IMG/VR virus record: IMGVR_UViG_3300042691_008788 | Location: 92,619 to 156,618 of that record | Length of the DNA stretch: 64,000 nt | Strand: one strand, 5' to 3' | DNA from: a virus | Part shown: positions 27,252 to 37,412 of the stretch, one piece after another | Layout of the letters: every line of letters starts with the position of its first letter | How positions within the stretch are numbered: position 1 is the first letter of the stretch | Translations under genes and position numbers: made by a program | Notes under the pieces: model-generated | The model's input: the letters and a program-made list of their open reading frames with translations, nothing else | Databases searched by the model: none | Told to the model about the DNA's origin: nothing

Positions 27252-28907
27252 TCAGTACCAAGAATTCATTCGAGAATCTCTGTCCTTGAACCACACAGAA
27301 CCATCTTCGCTTCGCTCAGGGGTAGAATCGTCAACTCCATCATCGATGAAGCCAAAAGGCGTCATCTCCTCCTCAAGTTTCGTGATCGTGTCCTGATATA
27401 TGTCTTTCCTGATATCCATGGAGGAAAGATCCTTGAAGTATGGTTGGGTGGATAGCCACCCAAATAGAACCAAGGTCATCACAAGATCGTCATTGTAACC
27501 AACCTCTGCCTCAAAAGAGTTCTTCTTGGAGATGAAGGCAAATAGTTCCTTGATGACATCGAAATCCTGTATCTGTAGCCTATCAGATTCAATCAGAGAC
27601 TTGAGGATGGAACACCCCGTGCGCTTTACCACCTCAGTTGTCCTGACTCCAAACTGACTTGTACCCGATCCAAAGCCACCGTCGAGAACCTGACCCTTTC
27701 GGCCACGCATGGTCGAGGACAATAGATTCTCATATTCCATCTCGCCATGGAGGATGTCTGCCACTTGACCACCCATGTCGTTGATCTCCACAAGCACATG
27801 GCAGTTGTTGTACTGCTTGGCTGCAACATGGATGGCATTTGGAAAGACCATGGGTGACATGGTATTGTTCCTGAAGGTAGCCACCAACTTATAAGGTGCT
27901 GTAGTTATGTCCACTACGGTGAATGCTGAGTAGTCATTTCCTGTTCCGCGAGAGACATCGACGCACATGACATAGATGTGCTTCTCCTCTGGTTTGCTAT
28001 AAACCTTAAATCCTTCCCCATTCTTGAATACTGGATCGACATAAGCCAGGGTCTTCAACTTGGATGGAGAAATAAGTGTATGGATGGAGCCTACAAAGTC
28101 GCAATCAAATTCTGTCCTAAACTGCTCCTCTGAAGTATTGGCAATCGTCTCTTCCTTCCACTTCTCGTCTCGGCCAGGTACATCCGACCAGTGAACATCG
28201 ATTGGAATGTAAGAGTTTCTATTGTTCGTAGCATCCGTCCACAACTTGTAGTATAGATTCATTCCGTGGGGAGTTGAAACTATGAATACTTTGGTTTCCT
28301 GACCCGATGAGATGGTGGGATATACCGACGAGAAGAACTCTTCCGCCACATTCTGAGGAACATATGCAAACTCGTCAAGGAAGATCATGTTGAACGATCC
28401 ACCACGAACCGCGCTTGAGGAAGTTGCCGATGCTAGAACCTTTGAGCCATTCTCAAGTTGTATGGAACCCTTATTCCATTCCAATACACCCTGCTGCAAC
28501 CACTTCGGTAGATACTCATACGCCAGTTTGAGGCGGGATAGGAGTTCCCGTGCAGTACTCAACTTGTTGGCAAGGATCGCCACATTGACGCTTTGGTTGA
28601 AGAGAACATAGTGCAAGATATATGCCGTAACAGTGGTAGACTTTCCACTCTGTCTCGGAAGTTTGGCAATGACGAACCTATTGCTATGAACGGTTCTTAC
28701 CATCTCTTCCTGAAAGTCGTATAGTTCAAATGGAACAAGACCCTTGTCGAGACTGATGATCTTGACATAGTTCTGTATGAAATAGATTGGATCTCTAGCG
28801 CACTTGGCATACTCCTCAAGTTGCTGCTGAGTCCATTCGTGTCTGACATCCGATGCCTTTAGGTTCGGATTGCCAAGATAGTTCTTTGTATTCTTAGTTT
28901 CCGCCAT
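27252..28907 (-). CDS. gp17: Terminase large subunit
   Basis: YLGNPNLK, PRQSGKSTT (Walker A), IFLDEFAYV (Walker B), VSTPHG, DVSRG and NDDLVM. Confidence 0.98.
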   Translation of the reverse strand: MAETKNTKNYLGNPNLKASDVRHEWTQQQLEEYAKCARDPIYFIQNYVKIISLDKGLVPFELYDFQEEMVRTVHSNRFVIAKLPRQSGKSTTVTAYILHYVLFNQSVNVAILANKLSTARELLSRLKLAYEYLPKWLQQGVLEWNKGSIQLENGSKVLASATSSSAVRGGSFNMIFLDEFAYVPQNVAEEFFSSVYPTISSGQETKVFIVSTPHGMNLYYKLWTDATNNRNSYIPIDVHWSDVPGRDEKWKEETIANTSEEQFRTEFDCDFVGSIHTLISPSKLKTLAYVDPVFKNGEGFKVYSKPEEKHIYVMCVDVSRGTGNDYSAFTVVDITTAPYKLVATFRNNTMSPMVFPNAIHVAAKQYNNCHVLVEINDMGGQVADILHGEMEYENLLSSTMRGRKGQVLDGGFGSGTSQFGVRTTEVVKRTGCSILKSLIESDRLQIQDFDVIKELFAFISKKNSFEAEVGYNDDLVMTLVLFGWLSTQPYFKDLSSMDIRKDIYQDTITKLEEEMTPFGFIDDGVDDSTPERSEDGSVWFKDRDSRMNSWY

Positions 28908-29379
28908 CTTCTATGATTTTCTTTGAAGAATCCAGAATCACATCTGTCTCTTTGAGTGCCTTTGCGAAACTTCTCTTTGGATTTATGAGTTCTTGTAGTT
29001 CTTTCGTAGAACCAAGGAATATGGCATTTGTGGTATTGTTGACCGTCTTCTGCTCGTACTTGTCTTCCTTGATGGTCTTCATGCGCTGATGCAGTTCAAC
29101 AAGATCCTTGTTTGTCTCTGCCACGGCTTTGATCATCTGTGCGACTACCTCGTAAGCGCGGGGAGAATCACCCTCGCTTGCCACCTTCAACACACCATCG
29201 ATGGCTTGAAACCCAAGACCAACAAGTTCCTTGAGGTTCTGTCGCGCCTTTTGAAAGTCTTTTTCAGCATCGTCCATGTCAACGATTGCTTCTATTGCTT
29301 GTGGTGGTTTTGCCACAATGGCTTTTGGTTCGGGATCCATATTGAGGATCTCCGATAGATTTTCATCCATCTTGCTCAT
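28894..29379 (-). CDS. gp16: Terminase small subunit
   Basis: DFQKARQNL, SPRAYEV and NNTTNAIFLGSTKELQ; overlaps the gp17 start. Confidence 0.92.
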   Translation of the reverse strand: MSKMDENLSEILNMDPEPKAIVAKPPQAIEAIVDMDDAEKDFQKARQNLKELVGLGFQAIDGVLKVASEGDSPRAYEVVAQMIKAVAETNKDLVELHQRMKTIKEDKYEQKTVNNTTNAIFLGSTKELQELINPKRSFAKALKETDVILDSSKKIIEDGGN

Positions 29380-29386
29380 GATAAAA

Positions 29387-31846
29387 TCACCTTCCTACGA
29401 ACTGATCCGTAGATCTATACTCCGCTAGAGTAGTTATCTTATTATCTGAGAAATATTCAGACGCAGCGACTAACTGCTCCTTTGTTAGTTCGAAATATGC
29501 ATCTCTCATTATTGAATATGCAACATTTATATTGTTGTTTGTTGTTGTCTGCCATCTATCTCGTAGATTTGTGTTTTTATAAAGTATTGATTCTTCATTT
29601 AGAGGAACCGCATACCACAGAAATTCACCATTGAAACCATAGGGTATCTTTGTATTACCACCCGTCAGACCAGTGTTTGATTCAAATACTCTATAATCAC
29701 TAAATCTACCAGATCTAAATGTGTTTAGATAGTTAGAGTGATCTGCTTCAGCAGCAGTAAGCCCAAAATCAAAAAGTTGTTCTGAAAATGTCATCTGAAA
29801 TTGCAGTTGCTGTAGATTAAAGAAATATGTCTCCAATCCACGAATGAATGCTGTGATCGGATCAGAACCAGATATACCGCGATTAGTCACAACTTTTGTA
29901 TACTCATCGCTCCCTCTTGCAATATTTCCAAGATAGAAACCTTGATATAGTAAATTATCAACATCGTTCTTCATGATGAATCCATTTGCTGGAACAACAC
30001 TATTGAACAGTGGTTTTACTAAGTATTCAACAAAATCTTCTGGTCTATAGGGGACTGACCCGCCGCGAGTAAGATCATAATCTTCATTTCTACCAGAGAG
30101 AACGGGCATGATTCTGTAGTTGAACTTGCCGCGCTCATCAAGGAGGAGTTTCCACATCTTCAATGCTGAATGAATACTTGCCTTCATCGACTCCTTAAGG
30201 TTATACAGTCTTTCAGCGGTATTACCACCAAAGTCTTGGTGAATGGTGCAATCTCTTCTTGAAGTGTGATTTCTTGTTATGCTATTCTGATAAGAACCCT
30301 TCAACTGCATTGGAATATATGGATTGAAGCGGGGATTAAAATCCATGGCAAAGAAATTCATATCCTTATAACCACCATATTGCAACTGTTCTGCATAGAT
30401 GTCATAGTAGTATGAATCAAGGAAATTCATCGTTGTTCCAAGTGGACCTCTAGGACCATTGTTGTCTGTAAACAACTTTAGAATATTTGCTGGAACAAGT
30501 TTTGATGCTTCATATGTGTTTGAGGCAGCAGTTGTAGAACCACCAAGCATAAAATATTCGGGATAGAAAGATGAGTTTCCTGTGAGAGACTTGTGGTAAG
30601 AGTTCCAGCCCGAAGAACCACCAGAACCACCGAATGATGTCGCACCAGTTGATCCAAGATAGTTGTATGTTGATGGTGGTGGGTAGAAAGTAACACCCGC
30701 TATCCTGTTGAGATAAAACGATGCACCAACGCTTGCATATGGTCCCGTGGCATCGGTCGCTGTTCCTGGCGTTGGTATTTTTGCCGACCAGCCAAACACG
30801 GATGTAGTGTATGGATAGTTGTACTGACCAGTATTAAGATCAGTTGCCGTTGTTCTATATCTTCTCGGATAAGTCTTCACTTCAGAGAAGAATCTTTCAT
30901 TGAAACTCTTGGCAAGATTGAAGCCATCAAGATTGATGTACGAACCAGTTTTACCAGAGGAACGAACTAATTCAACATTCCACCCAGGATTTGCAGAGTT
31001 TCCTGCATACTGAGAAATAATATTAGTTGCTGTATCCGTATAGTCATTGTCAGAATATTTGATGAACTGATAGTGAGGCTCAAATGAAGTCAATATGCCA
31101 GAGAATGTAATTCCTCTATCCAACAGTATTGCAAGATTTCTTCTTGTTGAGAAGAAAATATCAGGCGTGAAATACATGGATTTCACTGATTGTGTTATAC
31201 CATTGCTTGCAGACAATCCAAAATATAGAGGTGAGTCTAATGTTCCTGTTGGTAGGTTATTTGTGTGGGTCAATCCAAGAATAGAGGGACTGAACATTAA
31301 CTGAAATGGTGTTATTACACCGCCGAAGTTCACAAGTGTATAGGTTCCTGCCGATGCACCTTTAAGAGTAACTCCAGTAAATGCTGTGACACCATAGGGC
31401 TGATTTGCACCAGTTATGCTATAGAACTGAGGATATTGTAGAAGTATGTTCGTGTTATCTTGCAGAGAGTTGAATGCGCCATAGGAGTTGGTTCCTGTGA
31501 TAATTCCATACTCCGAACTCTCAAGTTGATCCATGTCATAGACCATCTTGTGTTTCAATGATAGCATCTGCGTTACACCAGCGGTAAATCTGGCGTACTC
31601 ATATGTCAATCCGTCATCCGCTGCCGATATTCCTTGAGCAAAGATTGTTACATCTTCAGTTGGTGCAAGATATGGAATAACATCTCTACTAAAGAATATT
31701 ACTGGAGTTATTTCTTTCTGCTCGACCGTGATGCGAATTTTTTTGATTGTATTAGCCGTTGTCAAATCAGCAGACTCAGTAGCCACAGTTATGATGCGGT
31801 ACTGATCAAGGAATCCGTCTAGGTTTCTCTCTGCTGTTGATGGCAT
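29387..31846 (-). CDS. Uncharacterised 819-aa protein between gp15 and gp16; probably virion-associated
   Basis: Long ORF coupled to gp15 (TAATG); rich in Tyr/Phe/Gly/Thr; no family motif recognised. Confidence 0.55.
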   Translation of the reverse strand: MPSTAERNLDGFLDQYRIITVATESADLTTANTIKKIRITVEQKEITPVIFFSRDVIPYLAPTEDVTIFAQGISAADDGLTYEYARFTAGVTQMLSLKHKMVYDMDQLESSEYGIITGTNSYGAFNSLQDNTNILLQYPQFYSITGANQPYGVTAFTGVTLKGASAGTYTLVNFGGVITPFQLMFSPSILGLTHTNNLPTGTLDSPLYFGLSASNGITQSVKSMYFTPDIFFSTRRNLAILLDRGITFSGILTSFEPHYQFIKYSDNDYTDTATNIISQYAGNSANPGWNVELVRSSGKTGSYINLDGFNLAKSFNERFFSEVKTYPRRYRTTATDLNTGQYNYPYTTSVFGWSAKIPTPGTATDATGPYASVGASFYLNRIAGVTFYPPPSTYNYLGSTGATSFGGSGGSSGWNSYHKSLTGNSSFYPEYFMLGGSTTAASNTYEASKLVPANILKLFTDNNGPRGPLGTTMNFLDSYYYDIYAEQLQYGGYKDMNFFAMDFNPRFNPYIPMQLKGSYQNSITRNHTSRRDCTIHQDFGGNTAERLYNLKESMKASIHSALKMWKLLLDERGKFNYRIMPVLSGRNEDYDLTRGGSVPYRPEDFVEYLVKPLFNSVVPANGFIMKNDVDNLLYQGFYLGNIARGSDEYTKVVTNRGISGSDPITAFIRGLETYFFNLQQLQFQMTFSEQLFDFGLTAAEADHSNYLNTFRSGRFSDYRVFESNTGLTGGNTKIPYGFNGEFLWYAVPLNEESILYKNTNLRDRWQTTTNNNINVAYSIMRDAYFELTKEQLVAASEYFSDNKITTLAEYRSTDQFVGR

Positions 31847-32508
31847 TATTCGTCCGTTAGTTCTCTGAATGTAAGGTCGATTTCTCTAATGAGTCCAGAC
31901 TGTCTGATTGGTCCGAAGATGTATGACTTGGTTTGAAAAATCAAAGAATGCGTTATGAGTCTTCTATCATTTAGATCACCCTCATAATCCTCAACTGTAT
32001 TGACTGATGACAGTATAACTGGCACATCAACTCTTCTATCTAGTTCTGTGAAATTCATGCTGATAGTGAAGTCTGGTGTGAAGTATGGCAGTATCTGTTC
32101 TATGATCTGATATCCATCATCTATGTTACGATTCATTATATTGAGAGTAAACTCAATGTTGTATGGAACCTCGCTATAAGCATATGAGATTGTTCCGTCT
32201 GTTTCGTCTCTGGCAGAATAAACCTTGTTAAGACTATTCAATTTTCTATTTGTGTCGTATACCATCGATGATATCTCAAACGACATTCGTGGCAATATAT
32301 TTTCAAAACTGCTTCTGGCTGGATCAGCCTCATCAAGTTCCTTAATCTTTCGGACAAACTTTTCTTTTGGTCCATATGATATCGGGACTTTGATTTTCTT
32401 CAGTTCAGTTCCAGCAGAGTCTTTGCGGGAGATGTATATCTCGTTGAATAGCGAGCCAAAAGCCACTACAAGTTTTCTTATACTACCATGGTAGAAGTAT
32501 CGAAACAT
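31846..32508 (-). CDS. gp15: Tail sheath stabiliser / tail terminator
   Basis: YFYHGSIRKLVVAFGSLFN, VPISYGPKEKF, LPRMSFE and QIIEQILPYFTP. Confidence 0.95.
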   Translation of the reverse strand: MFRYFYHGSIRKLVVAFGSLFNEIYISRKDSAGTELKKIKVPISYGPKEKFVRKIKELDEADPARSSFENILPRMSFEISSMVYDTNRKLNSLNKVYSARDETDGTISYAYSEVPYNIEFTLNIMNRNIDDGYQIIEQILPYFTPDFTISMNFTELDRRVDVPVILSSVNTVEDYEGDLNDRRLITHSLIFQTKSYIFGPIRQSGLIREIDLTFRELTDE

Positions 32509-33362
32509 CAGTAGTTGCCCTCTGAGAATGGATCCTTATCGGTGAAATCAATGATGTCTAGAGTTGCTCTTTCTTTCTCTAGTTCATCCCCATCATCATT
32601 GTTAGCATTCACAAACTTCTTTTCAGTAGTAACAAGAGAATCATATGAAGCAAATGCGTTTGATTTTTCTCCGCGTATGAATACAAGAGAAGATGGAGTT
32701 CCTGTTTCCGTGTGAACTTGAATTGCATTAGTGAGAGCGTTGAAGTTCAATATCGTTGCAGACCAAGAAGAACTTCCGAGACAGATTCCTTGATATATCT
32801 TCTCACCCTCAAAGAAGGCACCACACACTCCACTGATTGTGAATTCTCTGACATCTGTGAGAATGTTCTGTTCAATGTCATCAACTTCCTTGATCTCAGT
32901 ATCAATCTGCTCACCAGAGTAGCGGAAGAGTTCGCAGGAAATCTCGTAGGCAAAGAATGAATTTCTTGATCCAACATACTTAACTTCATAGATTCCGCCA
33001 TACTCAGGAAAGTAGATTAGATCGCCTTCCTGTGGCTTGGTATCGGTGCCATACTTGGCGGCTTCTTCGCTAAATCTCTTTTTGGAAACCATTAGAGTCA
33101 CGGAATCCTGAAGATTGATTCCGAATTTATCCATGATCTTATTCTGCGTTTCAAAGAACTCGTAGTTTGAAACAAACATCTCTATCTGAAAACTACGATC
33201 AAACTTTGATATGGTATCTTCACCAAACAGATTGTCTAGATTCTGAAACTTGCGAAAGATATAATGGACATCGAAGCCATAGATCTTTATCTGCTCGACC
33301 ACAAGTTGTTCGAACAAATCTGACTCGCGTGATGATACCTTAAAGTAGTTGTTGCGAGCCAT
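32508..33362 (-). CDS. gp14: Neck protein
   Basis: EQIKIYGFDVHYI, LFGED, KFGI, PQEGDLIYFP, CELFRYSGE and IDFTDKDPF. Confidence 0.93.
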   Translation of the reverse strand: MARNNYFKVSSRESDLFEQLVVEQIKIYGFDVHYIFRKFQNLDNLFGEDTISKFDRSFQIEMFVSNYEFFETQNKIMDKFGINLQDSVTLMVSKKRFSEEAAKYGTDTKPQEGDLIYFPEYGGIYEVKYVGSRNSFFAYEISCELFRYSGEQIDTEIKEVDDIEQNILTDVREFTISGVCGAFFEGEKIYQGICLGSSSWSATILNFNALTNAIQVHTETGTPSSLVFIRGEKSNAFASYDSLVTTEKKFVNANNDDGDELEKERATLDIIDFTDKDPFSEGNY

Positions 33363-34133
33363 TTATCCCACCATGAAATCTGTTGGAAGTTCGTACTTGC
33401 TTTGGACCGTGTCTTCAATCTGAGTCAACTCTGTCATGGAATCATTGTACATGCTACGAGAATCAAACTGCATTCCGCCTGGTAGAGCGATGTTGGAGAA
33501 TTTGCTTAGGTTGGAAGCCCATTGTCTCTTGATGAGTGCCGTGACATACTTCTTGAGGAGTATGTCGTTGTATATCTCTGGATAAGTCTCTGGATTCAAT
33601 GCCACATAGGCTTGCACCATCAACTTATCACCAACTCCAAAAGTCTCTGACCAATCTGTATTGATCTTCAACTTGTTGGTAACACGGCTGAATCCAACAC
33701 TCTTCTCTGGACTTAGGAACTGCTGTAAAAGAGAAAGATATTGCTTGGTTGTATCGTAATAAGATAGATTGGATGTACCCGTTAGAAAGCCGTTGAAATA
33801 GTCATTCAACATCAGTTGATACTGAACACTGAACATGCCGCTTTGTACGGCTTGATCTACGATGAATACTTTAGTGATGCTTATGATGTTTCCACCAGAT
33901 GAACCAGCCGAGATATTGTTGGTGTTGATGTACTTGTTATCAATATCTGTTTGTGTTATGACATATGGGAGATATGCCTCTTCGACACCATCAAAATGGT
34001 ACTCAGAGAAAAACTGCAATGCATCGTCTATACGATCCTCTACTTGAGCATCATCGACATTGATCTCAATAACGGGAAATCCGAGCCTTCTTAGAGCATA
34101 GTCCTTGAGTTCTTCTCTTGTGGTTACTGCCAT
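33363..34133 (-). CDS. gp13: Neck protein
   Basis: LKDYALRRLGFPVIEINVDDAQVEDRIDDAL, YHFDG and LKKYVTALIKRQWASNLSKF. Confidence 0.95.
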   Translation of the reverse strand: MAVTTREELKDYALRRLGFPVIEINVDDAQVEDRIDDALQFFSEYHFDGVEEAYLPYVITQTDIDNKYINTNNISAGSSGGNIISITKVFIVDQAVQSGMFSVQYQLMLNDYFNGFLTGTSNLSYYDTTKQYLSLLQQFLSPEKSVGFSRVTNKLKINTDWSETFGVGDKLMVQAYVALNPETYPEIYNDILLKKYVTALIKRQWASNLSKFSNIALPGGMQFDSRSMYNDSMTELTQIEDTVQSKYELPTDFMVG

Positions 34134-34135
34134 GT

Positions 34136-34420
34136 CTATCTCCCTTTGTTACGAAGATTCTCAAGGTGTCTTTCGTCTATTTCTCTTTGTGCCTTAGCCA
34201 TTCTAATTCCAACAACATTGGATACTATCTTTTTCATGGTTTGATCTAGTGATTCAACTGCCCACTGATTTCGTCCATCGGATTTGAAATGTCTTCTGCC
34301 ATCATAATAATGAATCAGACTGTCGGGGACATACTCTGGTACCACGGATCGTATGTCTTGAATCAAGAAAACTTCACCGTCTATAGTTGCTGTATTTTCA
34401 CATCGTCTAAATGTAGTCAT
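34136..34420 (-). CDS. Hypothetical protein (94 aa)
   Basis: Fills the gap between the lectin gene and gp13 on the operon strand. Confidence 0.55.
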   Translation of the reverse strand: MTTFRRCENTATIDGEVFLIQDIRSVVPEYVPDSLIHYYDGRRHFKSDGRNQWAVESLDQTMKKIVSNVVGIRMAKAQREIDERHLENLRNKGR

Positions 34421-34429
34421 AGTTTAAAC

Positions 34430-36370
34430 TTATATTTCCGAAAGAATGGCATCCTCATTTCCAAGCGATTCATATGGACTGCCTGTTGCCTTGGCTCCCT
34501 TGCCTGTAGAAACACTCTTCTTGGTTGTTGCTGAATTTATAGAAGAAACAGAATCAAGTTTACTCTGAACAAGTTTGTTGAAGTAATCCAACAGATCAAG
34601 TCTAAGATTGTATATCTGTTGTGCATTCAATGTTCTATTGAAGTTAAGACCATCAGTAAAAGAATATGATGAACGGCATATACCAAGTCCAGCAAGTTCA
34701 CCATTCCTCAAAATGAAAGACAAAGTTTCGGTGTCGAGAGGATTCAAGAACAATGCACTATGATTGAACGATATTCCATAGTAGTTTCCACCGCATGAAC
34801 CAAACAAGCGTCCAAATGGATTGGTTCCTAGTGATGACTTGGACACATTACCAGAGGATCCTTTGTTTCCAGATGCTCCTTCAATGAAGTAGAATGATTC
34901 GATCATTGCTTCATACATGGCATTGTAGCGGTAGTTGGATCTGAATGTTTCTAGAGTAACACCGAGATCAGTAACTGAGTAAATATCAAACACATAATCA
35001 TAACCATGTACAGTTGATCCTGGTGTTGTTGCATAAGGGAAAACAAGAGGACCATATCCCATAGAGAAACCAGTGTCATCTGTATATCCAGTAGCACCGC
35101 TTATTCCATATTGATACCTGTAGATGTCGCGAATGCCGACATCAGCAACTGTTGCTGTGACTGGCGCACCAGAAGGCCCAAGCACTAGATCAGATATTCT
35201 AGTGACCACCCCGATCATTCTGTCCTGACTCTCTGCATAGAACGAATCAACATCTTCAAGACCATTGAAGTTCATCACAAAACATATTTCTGAACTTGTG
35301 GTGAATCCAGTAAGAGTCGGAACACCTAGAGTATTTCCATAGAATCCATATGCAGTTAGTAGTCCACCAGTAACATCGGTGTCAAATACTCTTAACGAGT
35401 CGATGTATCCCGTATATGAGTCTGAACCTAGATGATTATTTCCGATGTAAATTCCGCCAGTATCCGTGTCTTCTGGTATTGTGCTTGCGGTTCCTGTCGT
35501 GCTGAACCTCTGAGTTGAGTTGAAATATCCCTTTATAGTATAAGTTATACCAGTTGTTCCTTCTCTAATCAAGGAAACTGCAACATGGTTCCAGTTGTTC
35601 AGGCTTATACCAGCAGTATTTACGATATTCTGTGATAGATTATATCCACCAGTTGTGCTTTTTCCCATCCATGCAAACTGTAGGAATCCAGCACCGCTGT
35701 CATATCCCAGTTTCCAACTTGCAGATGCACCAGTAAGCCCTTTCTGCATCAATGTAAAATTGTTTGATAGGGATGTTGGATAGAAGAACATTTCAAACCC
35801 ATAACTTGAGTATGCGGTTCCCGTGTTTCCTTTTCCTATCCTGTTGTGCGGAGCAGTGTTTATCAGATCGGAACGCTTGACGATGTTGGTCACATAAATG
35901 CTGCCACCTGTAAGTCCAGAAAGACTTCGTGTAAACTTACCTGATGTTGGACCAAACTTCTTTTGTATTGACGAATGCACGGGCTTGGTTGTTTCGTCAA
36001 GTTGATTGTATGTCACCTGTGTCTTGGTGATGTCTTGCTTAACTGCGGTGGCAAAACTGACATATGGAGATGGATTGTCAGTCTTCAGTATTATTTCTGA
36101 ACGAGGATCATACAATGCGTTTTGATCACTGCCCCTGTTGAGCGGCCTGATATATGAGCCATTCAACTCAAAATCACTGAAGGCATTCACACCCAATTCA
36201 AGATTGGCAAGGTATTCTCCCTTTGGCAACAAATCTTCAGAAATGAAAGAATAAACGGCTGGGTTGTTGGCAACATAAGTAAAAGTCGGAACCTCATTGT
36301 CCTGAAAGGACTTTGGGTTCACCGCAATCATTTTACCTAGCGAATCAAATGTTACTAGTCTATATGGCAT
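34430..36370 (-). CDS. Virion protein with a LamG/concanavalin-A-like lectin domain
   Basis: KKFGPTSG, FEMFFYP, LNNWNHVAV, IYIG and YTGYIDSLRV form the LamG pattern. Confidence 0.75.
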   Translation of the reverse strand: MPYRLVTFDSLGKMIAVNPKSFQDNEVPTFTYVANNPAVYSFISEDLLPKGEYLANLELGVNAFSDFELNGSYIRPLNRGSDQNALYDPRSEIILKTDNPSPYVSFATAVKQDITKTQVTYNQLDETTKPVHSSIQKKFGPTSGKFTRSLSGLTGGSIYVTNIVKRSDLINTAPHNRIGKGNTGTAYSSYGFEMFFYPTSLSNNFTLMQKGLTGASASWKLGYDSGAGFLQFAWMGKSTTGGYNLSQNIVNTAGISLNNWNHVAVSLIREGTTGITYTIKGYFNSTQRFSTTGTASTIPEDTDTGGIYIGNNHLGSDSYTGYIDSLRVFDTDVTGGLLTAYGFYGNTLGVPTLTGFTTSSEICFVMNFNGLEDVDSFYAESQDRMIGVVTRISDLVLGPSGAPVTATVADVGIRDIYRYQYGISGATGYTDDTGFSMGYGPLVFPYATTPGSTVHGYDYVFDIYSVTDLGVTLETFRSNYRYNAMYEAMIESFYFIEGASGNKGSSGNVSKSSLGTNPFGRLFGSCGGNYYGISFNHSALFLNPLDTETLSFILRNGELAGLGICRSSYSFTDGLNFNRTLNAQQIYNLRLDLLDYFNKLVQSKLDSVSSINSATTKKSVSTGKGAKATGSPYESLGNEDAILSEI

Positions 36371-36383
36371 TTACTCTTCCTTT

Positions 36384-37403
36384 TTATGCTCCGCTTACCA
36401 ATAGTGCCGATAGGCTGTATCCGCCCGTGAGTCCTGCGGTTGTATATGCACCTGTATTGTCTTCTGGTCTTGAGAAGATTGTGGGAGGTTTAACGGAAAC
36501 ATAGTTGTCCCGATATGCAATCACAGCAAATAGTGCTGGCAAATCGTTGGAAAAATTGGTTGAATTAGAAACAGAATCACCACTAACAATATTTCCATAA
36601 TCAACCGAGTGTTGAAGTGGTACATATCTATAACTTGCCAGTACATTTGCATTTCCAATTGTAGTTGCATTGGCTGCTGTGGATGGTATTGATGTGCTTT
36701 TTTCAGACCACATGAATCTAAGAGAGTTTAGGGAAATCAATCCACCAGACAAACCAGATGGACTTGGTGCTGTTCTTGAGGACAATGAAGTTGAACTATT
36801 GTTCATATTAGAATTGCCCCAACTTCCAAAGTGTACTGGTGTTGTTGAGAATGCTGGATCTCCAGATGCCCAGAACACAGTCATGGATTCAAACTCCACG
36901 CCCTGATAGGTTGAGGTACCAGTAATATAGATTCCATAGTCAACTGGGAACACCGAGCAGCAATATTGTGTGTTGATGCTAGAAGATGAAGATGCGGTGT
37001 AGTTGTATTTGTGTATGGATGATATACAACTCTGTAGTTGCATTGATGATGTTCTGTAAGAACAGAATCCAAAGTTTCCAACATACGAGACGCATGAATT
37101 GAGATCAGAACTCGATGTCTTCTGGCATGTAAAAGCACAAAGTCTTGAATATACAGCAACGCTTGCCGTATTCTGCATGGATGAACTATCCGAACAGATG
37201 TAAGACGAGCCTATTCCGCTTGCTTCTGAAACTATATCGTAGTCGTATGTGGTTGGCGCAACACCAGACGAAACAACTCCATCGTTGTTTCCGCCGAAGT
37301 TTCCTTCTGAACCTGGATCACCAGTGCTTTGACCAGGATCATCTGATCCTCCTCCGCTACTAGAACCCCCGCCGCTACCCTGAAATATTTCTCGTCCTGG
37401 CAT
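36384..37403 (-). CDS. Ser/Cys-rich beta-helix-like protein, in frame with the upstream fibre gene
   Basis: Gly/Ser linker followed by rung-like repeats (SSSMQNTAS, SSSDLNSCVS, SSMQLQSCIS, SSSINTQYCCS); GAGG SD. Confidence 0.55.
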   Translation of the reverse strand: MPGREIFQGSGGGSSSGGGSDDPGQSTGDPGSEGNFGGNNDGVVSSGVAPTTYDYDIVSEASGIGSSYICSDSSSMQNTASVAVYSRLCAFTCQKTSSSDLNSCVSYVGNFGFCSYRTSSMQLQSCISSIHKYNYTASSSSSINTQYCCSVFPVDYGIYITGTSTYQGVEFESMTVFWASGDPAFSTTPVHFGSWGNSNMNNSSTSLSSRTAPSPSGLSGGLISLNSLRFMWSEKSTSIPSTAANATTIGNANVLASYRYVPLQHSVDYGNIVSGDSVSNSTNFSNDLPALFAVIAYRDNYVSVKPPTIFSRPEDNTGAYTTAGLTGGYSLSALLVSGA

Positions 37404-37412
37404 GTGTTTACC

